Positions 40,834 through 54,203 of a DNA stretch of 64,000 bases are shown one piece after another; positions within the stretch are counted from its first letter, which is position 1; each line of letters opens with the position of its first letter. The notes under the pieces are model-generated. The model was not told the DNA's origin and made no database searches. It saw nothing but the letters and a program-made list of their open reading frames with translations. The position numbers and the translations under genes were made by a program. Where the stretch lies: NCBI GenBank assembly GCA_000165425.1, contig CT868252.1, positions 186,001 to 250,000 of the forward strand, given 5' to 3'. The stretch comes from Paramecium tetraurelia. Its lineage: Eukaryota.

Positions 40834-42759
40834 ATGTTTGGAGGTGGCATTTTTGGGAATTAAAACCCAGCCTAAACAACTGGAGGAATAGGATAATTAT
40901 TAGGTAATGTAATTTAAGACAATTAAGGTCAATAATAACAATCTACATTTGGAGCACCTTAAGGAGGAGCTATATTTGCAAATCCAGCACAATAATAAGG
41001 TTTATTTGGATCTGCTCCAGGAGCACAAGGACAAACTGGATTTGGTGGCTTAATGGGAGGACAAATGCAATAAGGAGGCCTCGGTGGAGGATTAGGACTT
41101 TAATAACAACCTTAAGGCACATTTGGTTTAACAGGTGGTTTAGGCCAACCTCAAGGATTAGGATAATAAGCTCCTACATTTGGTGGTTTAGGAGGAGGAT
41201 TAGGAACAGGATTAGGAGGAAACCCTGGAAGTGGATTTGGATAATAAACTGGAATGGTAGGTTAAGCTCCATAAACAGGAGGTTTATTTGGTTAATAACC
41301 TTAAAATGGAGGAGGATTGTTTGGTTAATAATAATAACCAACTTTATTTGGCTAATAGTAGCCATAACAACAACAAGCAACAGGATTATTTAGTGTTTAA
41401 CCCCCTGTTAATTAACCTTATGGATAATAATAATAATAATAAGGAGGTTTATTTGGGTAGACACCTTAACAACCCTAACAAGCAGGATATGGTTATGGAT
41501 AATAATCAACTACTCCTTCATTTGGTGGGAATTCACTTTTTGGCTAATAGTAACCTCAATAATAGGGTGGTGTTCTTGGTATGGGAGTAGGATTAGGACA
41601 ACAAGCATAACCAGGTAATTAAATTGTATTGCCTGGAGGTGTGGATGATTCAGTAAATGATGCATCTTTAGAATAAAGAGTTAGATTGGAGGATACAGTA
41701 TCAGCTATTAGTTGGGGAACAACAATACCAAATTTCTTAGCGATATCCTCTTGGGATGGAAAGGTCAGAATTTTGGAAATCTAATAGAATTCATATAAAA
41801 GAGAATTATTTGAAAGAAGATCATTTTAAGTTGATGGGTAAGTTGGATAAGTGAAAAATCCTATAATTTGCATGGATGCTAAGGGAGATTTGTCTCAAAT
41901 TTTTGTAGGATGTGGATTTGATCATACAGTAAAAGTTATAGATACCAACTCAGGTTAAATTGCATCAATAGGATAACATTAAGCTCTAATAATATCAGTT
42001 TATTGGATAGAATCTGCCTAAATGATACTATCTATTTCAACAGATTAATCATTAAAAATGTGGGATGTCAGAGCCCCAGGATAACCAAGATTTTAATGTC
42101 AATTCTAATACAAACCACTTGTGTCTGATTGCAATTTCCCATTATTGGTTATTGGATTTGCATCTGAAAAATTATCCATAATCAATTTGAATGAATTATA
42201 ATAGTTACCAGGAAGATTTTAATACATCGATTCACCATTGGGAACCTATTCACAGTTAACTGCTTTAGCAATATTTCCCTCAAGAGATGGATTCACTTTA
42301 GGTTCTATTGATGGAAGAGGACATTAAACCAATATCACAACCAAATAAACATAAGGTATGCCTACTGAATTTTAATTAAAATCAATCATGACTTTTAAGG
42401 CTCATAAAGTAAATATTTAAATGTTATTTTAGGTTGAAGACAACTAAAAAGGAAAAGTCTAAAACTATTTCTTCCCCGTTAATTGTATCTAAATGAATAT
42501 CAAAAATAACTACTTTCTAATGACTGCAGGAGGAGAAGGTTAAATGATATTTTGGGATATCAATGTAAGAAATAAAATTAGAACATTTTAATTCAATTGT
42601 AATCCTATCGTTTGTGCTAAAATGAGTCCTGATGGTTCCATGCTGGCATATGCTTTAGGAAATGATTTTTCAAAAGGGCCTGAATTCTTTAATGAATTCT
42701 AACCTAAAATATAAGTTCATTTTATTCCAGAAAATGAATTAAGATACCCTAAAAATTGA
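40834..42759 (+). CDS. RAE1: Rae1/Gle2 WD40 mRNA-export factor with N-terminal GLFG/FG-repeat domain
   Basis: About 260 aa of G/Q-rich FG repeats in frame with DTVSAISW, SSWDGKVR, GSIDGR, TFKAHK, TAGGEG..FWD, LAYALGNDFSKG; intron 42409-42432. Confidence 0.88.
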
Positions 42760-43009
42760 TATATATCTATATATTTTTATTCATTCATTTTACTATTTAT
42801 ATCATCCTAAATCTTAATTATCATTTTAAAAAAATGTTATCATATCATTAAGAAATAGATTACTCAAAAATATTTGAAATTGATATTAATATCTAACAAT
42901 AAATATAGATTCTGGTTACTTATAAAATTATCTATAGATTATAATCTTTAATTTACAATAAGACTTATTAATTAATTTTATTAAGTTTTAATACTTGAGA
43001 TAAATCATC

Positions 43010-43808
43010 ATGGGTGCTTCATAAGCTCAAAAACTATTTTAAAAAGCAATAGAAACAGATAATGTTGAAAATGCACAATAAGTTCTTAAATAATTTCCAG
43101 AATTACTAAATACCATTCTTTATCCGGCTGGGAACATCTCTCCTCTAGCAAGGGCATCATGGAGAGGATGCTTAGATATGGTTATGTTGCTTTGCGAAGG
43201 AGGAGCAAATCCAGATGCATCAGATAAAGATGGGTTGACGCCATTAATGTGGGCAGCAAAGAGGGATCATGCAAATATTTGTTGCACATTATTGAGATTT
43301 CATGCAGATATCTCAAAAAGATCAAGAGAAGGATTTACAGCATTAGATTATGCTATTTTACTGGGGAATTATGATTCCGCCTATATTATTTATGAATTTG
43401 ATAAATTGATCTAAGACCCTGCAAGTTATGAATTAATTCGAACTATAAAATAGTGGAGATATGTAAATTATGAGATATTTCTTCAATCATTACAATAATC
43501 AATTATGCCTTAAAATGTTGGTGACTATACTACGAAGCCTTTAGGTAAGGAATATTATGATTTTAATTTAAGGTCGAGTGTACAATGATCCAGTTGTGGA
43601 TCCAAGAGAATCATGGAAGGATATGCTCAAAAGAATCATGAAATTTGATCCTCCTCCTATCTGTGAGAGAAGTGAGTTACCCCCTCATCTATAACCATAA
43701 AATCGATTGTTGGGAAGACTCAATAGTTACATATATGGCATGAATCCTATGCCTATAGAAGGTAATTCAATGGAAATGTAAGTACCTGAAACTAATGATA
43801 TTGCATGA
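43010..43808 (+). CDS. Ankyrin-repeat protein
   Basis: DKDGLTPLMWAAKRDH and SREGFTALDYA; N-terminus MGASQAQ; one intron near 43544-43572. Confidence 0.9.
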
Positions 43809-44057
43809 AATAAATTAATAATATGAATTTGATATTGTAATAATATTATGCTCATAATTTTGTATTTCATTTATCTTCCTTTCTTAAACATTTAAAATTA
43901 AATAGATTAAGTAATATGCAAGAAACATATAGATTTGTATAGAATACAATTTTACATTTAATTGCCTTATATGTATTTAAACTAGAAATTGCTAAAATTA
44001 GTAAGTTAATAGTGATTGTGGTTATAATGATTTAATTTTGTATATTTATCGATTATA

Positions 44058-44572
44058 TCATTCAAACTTTGGTTTGATGACACCAACATTATTGTAATAT
44101 TCGTCATGAATTTATGATCTATCTGTATAAGTATGAGCAAATATGAATGCTGATCCAAAAACAAGGAATGAATATAATTTAAATCTTCTCCAATTTTGAT
44201 TTTACAAGTATCCTTATTTGAAGACTGCTTTATTCTTTGGTCTACAATATAATTTTAGATAAATACTGATAGTATGTTGGAACTCCAGTTGATGTTTATC
44301 TGTAAAAATATGATACTGGGATGAACTAATGAATCAATATCAAATGTTACATATAACAAGCTGAATACAATTCCAGAGGCAGCAAAGTTAAGGATCCATT
44401 CATATTTGAATGTATTTAATTTATCAGCATAATCCATTTTTCTTTCTCTTAAAGCTTCATTCATATAAAATTTATAGAGTGGTTAGTCATAGAAAGACTT
44501 TTCAACTGTAGCAATATATCTCTTTTCTTGATCTCTATTTGGAATTGGTGGAATCTAATCTTCGAATCCCAT
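44058..44572 (-). CDS. Small two-TM protein (about 155 aa)
   Basis: Two 25-nt introns give a clean frame; hydrophobic WILNFAASGIVFSLLYFIPVSYF and LYSFLVFGSAFIFAHTY. Confidence 0.75.
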
Positions 44573-44598
44573 TTTAATAAATTTTTATTATTAATATA

Positions 44599-44995
44599 TC
44601 AATAAACTAATCTGAAGATATCATTATGCACGTATAAACCTCCTTAGCCATTTGGAAGAATTTAGAAACTTTATGAGAATTTGTATGTCTCAGCTTCATC
44701 CATCTGTAATTACCCAGTGACAAAAATGAATAGAGAATTCTCCAATGCTCCTGGTTAGACATCCATATCATCAATTTTATAAACTATTTTTTAGAAAGCC
44801 AATGATTCCAATTTCTCGTTGATTTATTTCAAGCCATCATGTTGTTATCCACCTTTAAATAATAAAATTAAATAAAAAACCATATGTCATATGAGAGGCA
44901 TCAGTATAAAATTAGATTAAACCCATTTTGTTTGTCATTAAAGTCTAATAGTATTGTTAGAGGAATTGTTATGCTATGGTTTAGGCGGGATTCAT
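44599..44995 (-). CDS. NTF2: Nuclear transport factor 2
   Basis: IAQQFLQQYYQ..FYTDASHMTY..INEKLESL..DVQP..FVTGQL..FSQSFQI..YVHNDIFRL; one intron. Confidence 0.93.
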
Positions 44996-45117
44996 AATTA
45001 AAAAAAAATAAATATTTTTAATGTTTTGAATTATTTAAATTTCTGTATTTATTCTGGAAAATAAGTGAAAATTTAAATAATTATAAAAATAAACAAATAT
45101 ATAAAAAAGAACATAGT

Positions 45118-45693
45118 TCACTTATTTGAATGATCACTCCATCCACTTATGTTGAAATTCTTTTGTTAAATTTACTAATTTTATGATATTGATTTAGTTT
45201 TAATTATTGGTTTAAATGAATGTGAATACAACTATATCGATAATCTACTAGTTTAGCTATTCTCATTCCGACTTTGATGCTACACACCATTATGTAGCTT
45301 CACAGAAGCTATTGTTTATTTTTTGAGCAATGAATATTCTTCAATATATGAATTTAGTTCTAAGTCCTTGTAACGAAAGGTTTCTGGCTTTTAGTCAGTG
45401 TAGTGTTTATTGCAATCTTCATACACTGGTGTTTCGAATACCTTATTTTAAGTTAAACTTCATGTCACGAGAGTGGATTTACAGATTTTTCTTTTGAGAG
45501 AGTTAGATTAATTTATTCTTGGCTGAAATTCCTTTGAAAGTTCTAATTTTAGGCCTTTGATAGGGGGTTTCAGTTGAGTAACTCTAGAGTTTAATTTATT
45601 TTCTTTGAAGGTCTTCTCTATTGGTAAAACTTTATTTGGGCAAACTTGCTGATTAATAGCTTTTGGGCTCATAAAAATAGATATGATATTCAT
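45118..45693 (-). CDS. Hypothetical protein
   Basis: Frame completed by a 27-nt intron 45442-45468; ends ISGWSDHSNK-TGA. Confidence 0.6.
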
Positions 45694-45931
45694 ACTATGT
45701 TGAATTGAAGAGAGATTAGCATTACCATTAAGTTTTCTTTAAATATTGTTTTATTATAAGGCAAAAAGTCGTATTTAAGGGTGAATTTAATTGGATCTTT
45801 AATAGTATGTAAAAATGTTTTAGTCACAAAATTCCTTATCAACAAGTATAGACTAGATTAGTTTAAATATTTACTTATTATTCATAGTTTTTCATAATAA
45901 TTAATATTATAAATAATTTAGTAAAATATTT

Positions 45932-46488
45932 ATGTAAGGAGGGATGGATGATACTTAAGATAAATAATAAGGAGATCAAGATTTGAATAATGAAGAAAAA
46001 CATATTTTAGAATAAAAATGTATAAAGCATTTAAAATATTGATAAGAATAAATATTGAATAACAGTGGTGTATTGGCTGCTTATGAATATTTTTTGAGAA
46101 GACTTTGTAAGGATGGATTCCCAAGTGGAAATGTATATGAGTATGCTGCTTAAGCTGTTTTAAAATATGAAAAAAAGAAGTAAGCAGAACAGTTTCGACA
46201 ACAGACAATGGCAAAATCATTGGCTGAACTCTAATTAAGTAGCATATCCTCAAATAAATTAAGATGAAAAACTCAAGGCTTAGCTTCAAGCAAGTAAAAC
46301 AGATGGTAAAGCTGATCCAAAAAATGATAAAAATAAATCACCTTAGAAAGGCAATAAAGATTAAAAGGAAAAAAATCCAAAAGATCAAAATTAAGGAAAA
46401 AATGATAAGAAGGATACTAAAGCATAAGGTATATAGTTAAGATTAAATTCATTAAGATAAAACAGATCCTAAGCAAAAGAAGAAATGA
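45932..46488 (+). CDS. Dpy-30/RIIa-like dimerization-docking protein with Lys-rich tail
   Basis: ILNNSGVLAAYEYFLRRLCKDGFPSGNVYEYAAQAV; intron 46020-46046 and a second near 46429-46456. Confidence 0.65.
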
Positions 46489-46610
46489 GTTACATATTTT
46501 AATTTATTTCTTAAAATAAGTTATTATAATATAATGCTGTAAATGACAATCTATAAGATTAGTTAATATTGGAGAGCTATTTATTTATATAGTTATAATT
46601 AGGAGTAATC

Positions 46611-48584
46611 TCAAAAACTTTTATTTAAAGTGTTTAAAAATTATTGCTTTGTCATCAACTATTGACCACCTCTTTATAATCTCAGAACTGTTGCAATATC
46701 TAGTTATTTGACAGCATAGCTTCGTTATTTTTTATCTGCATATGTTCTCAATATAAAATACGATTAAGCATAGTCTCCAGAATTGACATAGAGATGATAT
46801 TCTATCAATTTTAAAAACACCTTCTCCATTTCATTTATTTAAATCGTTGAAAACTATGGAAGTACTTTGGCAAAATTATTATTTTCAAATGATTCATCAT
46901 CCCATATTTTTGATGCCATGACTAAAGCAGTAAATAACACTTTCTGCCAGTTCAAACAATTGATTTCTATTCCTTGATTATGTTCTAATAATCTATTTAT
47001 ATATATCATCGATATAATTGCTACTTCCCTTTCCATTTTTGTTGTTGTCATTATGTTTTTACAATAATTTTGAATGATATCCACATTTGGTATATAATTT
47101 GTCAATTACATATCAATAAACACTTTATTAAATAAAATGGATTCTTATAAATTTAGTGTTGTGTCAACTGAAAATTGAGATTTAGGTAATTGCTAACTTA
47201 AATAATAGTTTTAGATATTAACTTATTTTCATCATATGCTTAAAATTATTCATCCAAGTACTCTGACTCTGGATTACAATTTTATTGTTCATTATTTTCA
47301 AACTCTTCAAGATAATCTTGTTCTTGGTCTTCTTCTTAATAAAGAGATTCCTTATTAATATGCTATTTTTCAGTATCAACTTGCTCCATTTGGAAATCCT
47401 AATCTTAAATGTAATCGCCATTATTCTCATCATTTATTATATTCTAACCTAACATTATTATTGTTTTATACTATCTGATAAACTGGATACATTATCAACC
47501 TATTAAATTGCATATTTATTAATGTTTTTTATTTAATCTAAGTCAGCAAGAACCATCATTTTTTAAATTTAAATACCAACACAATAACTTATTTCTTCAA
47601 TATCAATATTAATCAATGTTGATGCTAATCTTCCATTGTCAAAAGATTGATACATCATTTAAATTTATTCTCTTTCTAAATTTATTTCATTCTTGTTTTT
47701 CCCATTAATCAGCAATAGTTTATTGATAAATTTATTTGGTTTTTCTTAATGAGATTTCTAAGTAGACAATTTTTACTTTATTTAATTTTAAATAGGATTC
47801 TTAACTGTCTTTGCTGCTTGTTTTGAAATACTCTCTTTTGTATTTGTCATCTATACAACATTTGTAACTTATAAATCTTATTACTTAGAATTTATTTCTT
47901 CAAATTATGGACTCCTTTCTTTTTTGCCTTTACTTTAAACCTTTTCTAATTTTGGTAATACTCTAGGTTTGATTTAAGTCTACTCATGAGAAGGTGAAAA
48001 ACATTTTAAAGATGCTCTTCTATTTATGGGTTTTAGTATTTCTGTGAATACTTCTTTAGCTTAATCAATTTATCCATTTGAATTCAATGAACCAGGTAAA
48101 GTATTACGATTTTAAGCAAAATTATTATGATTTACTACCTTGTTATCATTGCCAGGTTCCTATTATTCATTTAATTATTTGAATAGATCCACAAATTTTT
48201 ATCTATGTCCAGGTAATAATTTTATCTCTTCTAAGACAATGTTTTATGATTCTTATGATTATGATGCTAATTATTGTAAACCACTTTTATATCCTCTTAA
48301 CAATAATTTATTTGTATATTATTATAAATTGTACTCCACTAATTATCTATTATTACTTTATTCTAATTACTTATAAAGAACACTATCTTTAAAACCTACT
48401 AAATCTGACCGATAGGTTGCATTGCTACTATATTCAGTATCTCTATTGATTCTCTCTAATATCAAAATAGCACTAATTTATTACTTTTTGAAGCAGTATT
48501 TAATTTGTTCGTCATAGTTGATTTAACGTTTAGTATTTTATTAACATAATTCTTCAATCTTGCATCATCATCCCATTTTTTCAT
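46611..48584 (-). CDS. Cyclin Y/Pho80-type cyclin with long N-terminal extension
   Basis: IISMIYINRL..NWQKVLFTALVMASKIWDDESFENNNF..INEMEKVFLKLIEYHLYV; 29-nt intron near the 5' end. Confidence 0.88.
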
Positions 48585-48659
48585 CCTATATTTATATTAT
48601 TTAGATTATTTATAATAAACAAATATAATCATGATCATTGAAATAAAAATAATTCTCTA

Positions 48660-49062
48660 TCAAATATGTCTATATTATCTATCACTATTTTATAATGTTT
48701 ATCTATAGGCTAATCTTGCCCTATTTTATTGAATATAATCAGTACCAATAATTCCTACTTTGATTATTCGTATCTATTTTCTGGAAAACAAAACTTTCCT
48801 CCAAGGATTCTAATTTGATTTAAAATGTATTTTTTCGACTTTGTAAACTAAATTTTATTTCATTTTTATGGTCTGTTGATAAACTTGAGTTGCAGACGGT
48901 ATTTAAATCTTTCTAATTCAGAGACATCAAACGTTCAACCCTCAGAATATTTCTCTATTTTATTTTATCTAATTATCTTTGGTCTTTTTCTAACTTCTGT
49001 ATCAAAGTAATAGTTCTCTATTTTTATTTGTCAAACTTATGTTGAAAAACTCCATGATTCAT
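48660..49062 (-). CDS. Hypothetical protein (may start at 49227)
   Basis: Open frame with a 25-nt intron at 48721-48745; TGA 48662-48660. Confidence 0.5.
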
Positions 49063-49327
49063 TTATAAATTATTATTCCTTTATCTTAATAATCCATTTA
49101 TAAAATTACTTATAGTAACATATATAGAGCTTATTTCATAGTTCACTAATAAAATTTTATACACTTTTGAACTCTGATTATAATTATTACAGAATAGATC
49201 CATCTATATTCTTGTTTGAATGGACATTCTTATTATTTATATCTATTCTAGATTCCAAATTTATATGGAGGATATCTATAAATAAAAAATTCAATTAACA
49301 GTTTAAAGTATTTTAAATTTAAATATA

Positions 49328-51943
49328 ATGTATGACACTAGACAGACGTACTTTGATAAAGATTCATCCCTTCATAATATCAGCAATCTTAGTGATAAAA
49401 AGGATTATCATTTTTATCAAAGAGATCTTTTAGCAGAGTTAAATCATAGTTAATAAAGATTAACTGTTTAAGAATTGGAAAATAAAGTTGTGATGTTAGC
49501 TACTGAAAATGAACGGTTATTGTCATAATTAAATGATAAAAATAGAGAAATTGAATTGTTACAAGAAGAATAAAGGATGCTTTAGAATGCTTATTAATCA
49601 TAAAAAGATGAGAGATATAGAGCAATTGAAAATAGAACTACAAAAATGATATATGAAAATGAGAAAGTAGTTTTAATGAATTAGAGTTTACAAATCTAAT
49701 TAGAAGAACTGTCTTATCAGTATGAATCATTGCAAAAAAAGTTTTAAGTAGAAACTGAAATTATTGAATAAAAATGGAAAGCCCATTATGGAGAATTGTT
49801 TGAATAGTAAAACAAGAATCTAACAGCAAATATTGAGAAGCTTCTGACTGAATTAAAATAGAATTCTGATCTTATTTCATCATACGAAGATAAATTGAAG
49901 AGTTGCTCCAAGGAATTATAAATGGCAAAGGAATAACTTGATTATAAAGATAAAAAAGGGAATGAGTTACTTAATAATAATCAACAAATCAGTAATATTA
50001 TTGAATAGTAAGATGCGGTTATAAAAAAGAATACTGAAAAGATTCAATAATTACAAATGTAATTAGAACAATAAGTCAATGAAAATAGATAATCAAAACA
50101 GAAATTGATCCATTAAGAAAAAGATATAGAGAGTAGAAGGATTAAGTATGAAGAACTGATAATTTAATTTGAAGAATTAAAATTATTGGAAAAAGAAGAA
50201 AGATTATAATTAGAAAAAAATGATTAAGAATTCCAACAATATAAGCATGAAATAAATTAGATGAAATCCAACTTAAATGAGTTGAATAGAAATCATAAAT
50301 TATAACAATAAGAAAATCAACATAATTATAATAAAGAAATCAATCATCTTAAAAAGTAAATGTAGTAAGTGATTATGGAAAATGAGGATTTATAAAAGCT
50401 ACTTACTTAAACTAGATAAAATTTAAATCATGAAATTACTAAAACCAATAACCTAGAAAAGTAAATAGCAGACAATGCACAAGAAATCTAAACTAAGGAA
50501 TAGCAATTACTAATGTAATATAAAGAATTGGAAGCCTAAAAATTAAAATTCGATAAACTATTCCAAGAAAATACATCCTACTTAAAATAATAATAAAACC
50601 AATTTGATATCAAATTGCTATAAAATTAACAATAAAATAAATTAGTAATTATTATATTTATTAAGTTAGTAAACAGAACAAATTGTATAGTAAAAGAATA
50701 AAGAAATAAATAATCTCAATGAAAAAGTCAATGTCTTATTACAGAAAATAGATGAATAGACGTCCTACATCTAATAATTAGCCTACCAAAGTAATATTAA
50801 AGGGGAGGAAATTGAAGAAACTAGACCATAAATACAAAGTCTAAGAAATGAATTACACAGGCTTTAATAACTTACAGTAGAATAGAGTAATGAGATAGAC
50901 AATTGGAAACTGAAGACGATACGCATGGAGGAAAATTATGAAATGTAGAATAAAGATCAACTTGAGAAGTTGTAAAGATTTCAAGATGAAATACAATAAC
51001 TATAAACTAAATTACATAAAACATAAGAAGAAAATATTAAAGTAAACAATAATTTATAGGAAACTTTATCTAATTTAAATCAAATACAATAATTATTATC
51101 AGAGACTCATTAATAATTGAAATTTGCAGAAAATAAAATAGAAATTTAATCTCAAGAATTGGTTGAAACTATTCAACTTAGGGAATAATTAAATTTACTT
51201 AAAGAAAAACATCAAAAAGAGATTGAAGCCTTAAAAAAGGCAGTAGATTCAAGTTTGAAAGTTAAAATTGAAAAGGAGATTGCTTAGGAAAGAGAAAAAC
51301 TTGAAAACTATTCTTAATAGATAACATTAGAAAAAAGAGGCTTAGAAAATGTTATTTAGAATTTAAATACCGAAAATCAGTTGTTGAAAACTGAAATAAT
51401 GCAATAATAAGAATATTTTAAACTACAAGTTTAAGATCTTATTGTAGATTAGTAAAAGCATTTGATAAATATCGATCATGTTTATAAGTAAATAATCTAT
51501 TTATAATTTTAGATTAGAATTAAAAGGTTTATCTGAAGCCTAGTAAATTTAGTATAATTAGTTTGTTGTCTAATTGCATTCATAAATTGCAACATTAATA
51601 GAAGAGAATAAAAATTTAAAGGAATAATCTTAATCATGGTAATAATAGCTCAAAAAATCTGAAAAGTAAAGTTCTAAACTAATTACCGAGATGGGTAATA
51701 AATTAATTTTATATGTTATTAGAGTGCCGTGTATAATCTTTAAAAAAAGATAACAGTAGACTAATAGATGAGAAATGTTATGAAAAATCCAAGAACACAT
51801 TTCTCGAGACTTAAATAAAGCGTTCCACTCCTGTTCGAGAAGTTCGGTCATCTTCAACTTATGTTGTTGGAACTCCAAAAAGGAATAGGTACGGTCGATA
51901 GTCAGTTCTAAGGGAAATAGATTTAATTAATCATTACTATTGA
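49328..51943 (+). CDS. Long coiled-coil (cytoskeletal-type) protein
   Basis: E/Q/K heptads, ELENKVVMLATENERL; introns near 50646, 51488 and 51694; TGA 51941-51943. Confidence 0.8.
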
Positions 51944-52105
51944 AAATTTTTAGTTTAAATATATTAGAATCATCATCCAGAATGCGATTATTATAAACTA
52001 AATCATTAAATTAAATATTAGTTTATAAAGTTTACTTTAATTCTTAACCTTGATATAGAAATTTCACATTAAATTATCAAATACATTTTTAAAGTAATAT
52101 AATGA

Positions 52106-52975
52106 TCAAGATCTTTTGGTTAATGTACTTATGGTTAGAGCAATTCCAGAATTTTAGGTTTGGGGAGACTCGTAAGGTTTACTGTGATGAATATTTCTTT
52201 TGATACCAAAATTAGGCTCCTTTTTGATATTGGTGATAGATGTCTTTTTGTATCGTAAAGAACTAAATTATATTTGAGAAATTTACAAATTTTGTTAATC
52301 GGGTATTTTTTCTAAGATAATATTTTTTGAGGATTTGCTTTTTAATTGTTCCAGCATCTAATCATACATTTCTTTAGATATTCCAATATGTCCATGACTA
52401 GGACTTTGAGTTGGAAGATCAGACAAAGTTTTTCTAAATAAAATAAAAATAATTACTCTAACTTCTGACTTATTTATATTATTTTAGCAGCCTACTATTC
52501 AAGCGTTTTTGATGCCTAATTTGATATTCCCATTTATACAGTCTAATCTTACATTTAGGACCTCTCTCTCTATAAGGATATAATTTTATCCTCATATATA
52601 GTTTTTAAGTCTTATATTTGTTTTTTATGTTTTTTTTACATTTCTTCGAGATGTTGGTTGAATAAAGTTTCTTGAACTAGTAATTACTCAGATTCTTATT
52701 CTTAAATTTTTTCTTATAAATTCATGATATCCTTTTTTAGGGTGATATTTTCAGCTTTTAAGTTTTAGTAATCTGCTACCTTTGCTTATAATTATTGATT
52801 TTATTTTATAAGTAATTATACTTATTATGTTAAGACTTCTACTTAAAGAGATAATTTGTTATTTTAGATGTTTAACTGATGATTTAAGATGTGCTAATCT
52901 CCTGTTTAATTCATTTTTAATTTGATATTTATTAGAAAATAAATCAGACTCTGTTCTTAATAAATATGATTACAT
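52106..52975 (-). CDS. Hypothetical coiled-coil protein
   Basis: ATG 52975, heptad-rich centre, about three short introns; exact exon joins uncertain. Confidence 0.55.
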
Positions 52976-53058
52976 TATAATATAATGAAATCTAAATTTA
53001 GATTCTTTATTTAATAGTTGATTATTTATAATCTATGAATAGCTATAATTTATCATCA

Positions 53059-54072
53059 TCATTTTTTCTAGGTCTAATCCATAGACAAGAACAATATTTT
53101 TGGATTTTTATTTTTGGCAATTAGTTAGATGGTTTCAAAATATCTAATCTACATGGCTGCTTTTGAATCCAACATATCAGCAGCCTCCCTCATTAGTTTA
53201 GCAGCTTCAACATCACTCTTTTTTTAATAATAAAATAGTACTTTTGCGGAGATGATTTTTGACTAAGCAAGTCTTTAAGCTTTAGGAGCATTGGATAGGG
53301 AAGATTGCAATTCCTCGCCCATTTACATATCCTTAATAAAAACATGTTCTAAATAGATTCCTAAATGAAATCAACAATATTGAATACCCCATTCTGAAAC
53401 AACATCAAAGACGAATCCTTCTATTTCATCAGCAATCTTCTATCTGTTCTCAATAATATCCTATAGTGTGTGTTCACCAGCAACAGTTCTTAGAGTCTTA
53501 AAATTATTATTTTATTACCGCATAAGTTATTTCTTTAACTGCTTCAACAATTTTCTTTACTCTATAGGCTGATCTACACACATCAACAACTCTGTAATAC
53601 ACAATAGTGTCAATATTGACAGTGATATTGTCTTTAGTTAATATAAGTTATCTTTCCAAGTCGATAATGCTATATTATCAAAATTAATTGTTTTACAATG
53701 TCTTTGTGCTTACAGGAATTATTCGATCTGTGAATCTAAGAAATTAACATTTATGATATACGGATTGAATTCATGTAGTCCTGGCTCCAAAGTTCTTTGG
53801 TATTTTCCAAATTTTTATAACAATCCCTTTTACCCTTAGGTTATTTCATAGTATGGATAAGGACAAAAACAACAACAACATGGCAACCAAGCTCTCAAAG
53901 TTCCAAAAAAGGATCCGAAACAATTTAAAACGCTTTCATAACAGGTCATTTTTTCATTCATTCCGTCATCCCTTCATCAATAAACTATGGAAATTTACAT
54001 TTCATTCTCGAAATTGGTTTTTGCTCTTCTCATTTATCTCTTCTCAGCGAAATTTGCTTCTCCTTGTAACAT
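53059..54072 (-). CDS. Stomatin / SPFH (band 7) protein
   Basis: QKFGKYQRTLEPGLH, TKDNITVNIDTIVYYRV, TLRTVAGEHTLQ, EAADMLDSKAAMQIRYFETI; Cys cluster PCCCFCP. Confidence 0.93.
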
Positions 54073-54203
54073 TAAATAATATAGTAATTTAATTAATGGA
54101 ATCAATTATTGCATAATGGAAATTGTTGAATCTTATTCTCCTTAACCGAAATCAATTTATAATCATAATGATACTTCAATCAAAAATAATATAGATCAAA
54201 ATC

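Noticed and set aside
40834..44995. FG-Rae1 and NTF2 lying within about 2 kb as a nuclear-transport cluster
   Set aside because: They are on opposite strands with unrelated genes in between, and there is no evidence beyond proximity in a gene-dense eukaryotic genome.
48550..48576. ATG-GGA-TGA-TGA at the cyclin 5' end, suggesting TGA readthrough or selenocysteine
   Set aside because: An upstream ATG at 48584 plus a canonical 29-nt intron gives an open frame without recoding.
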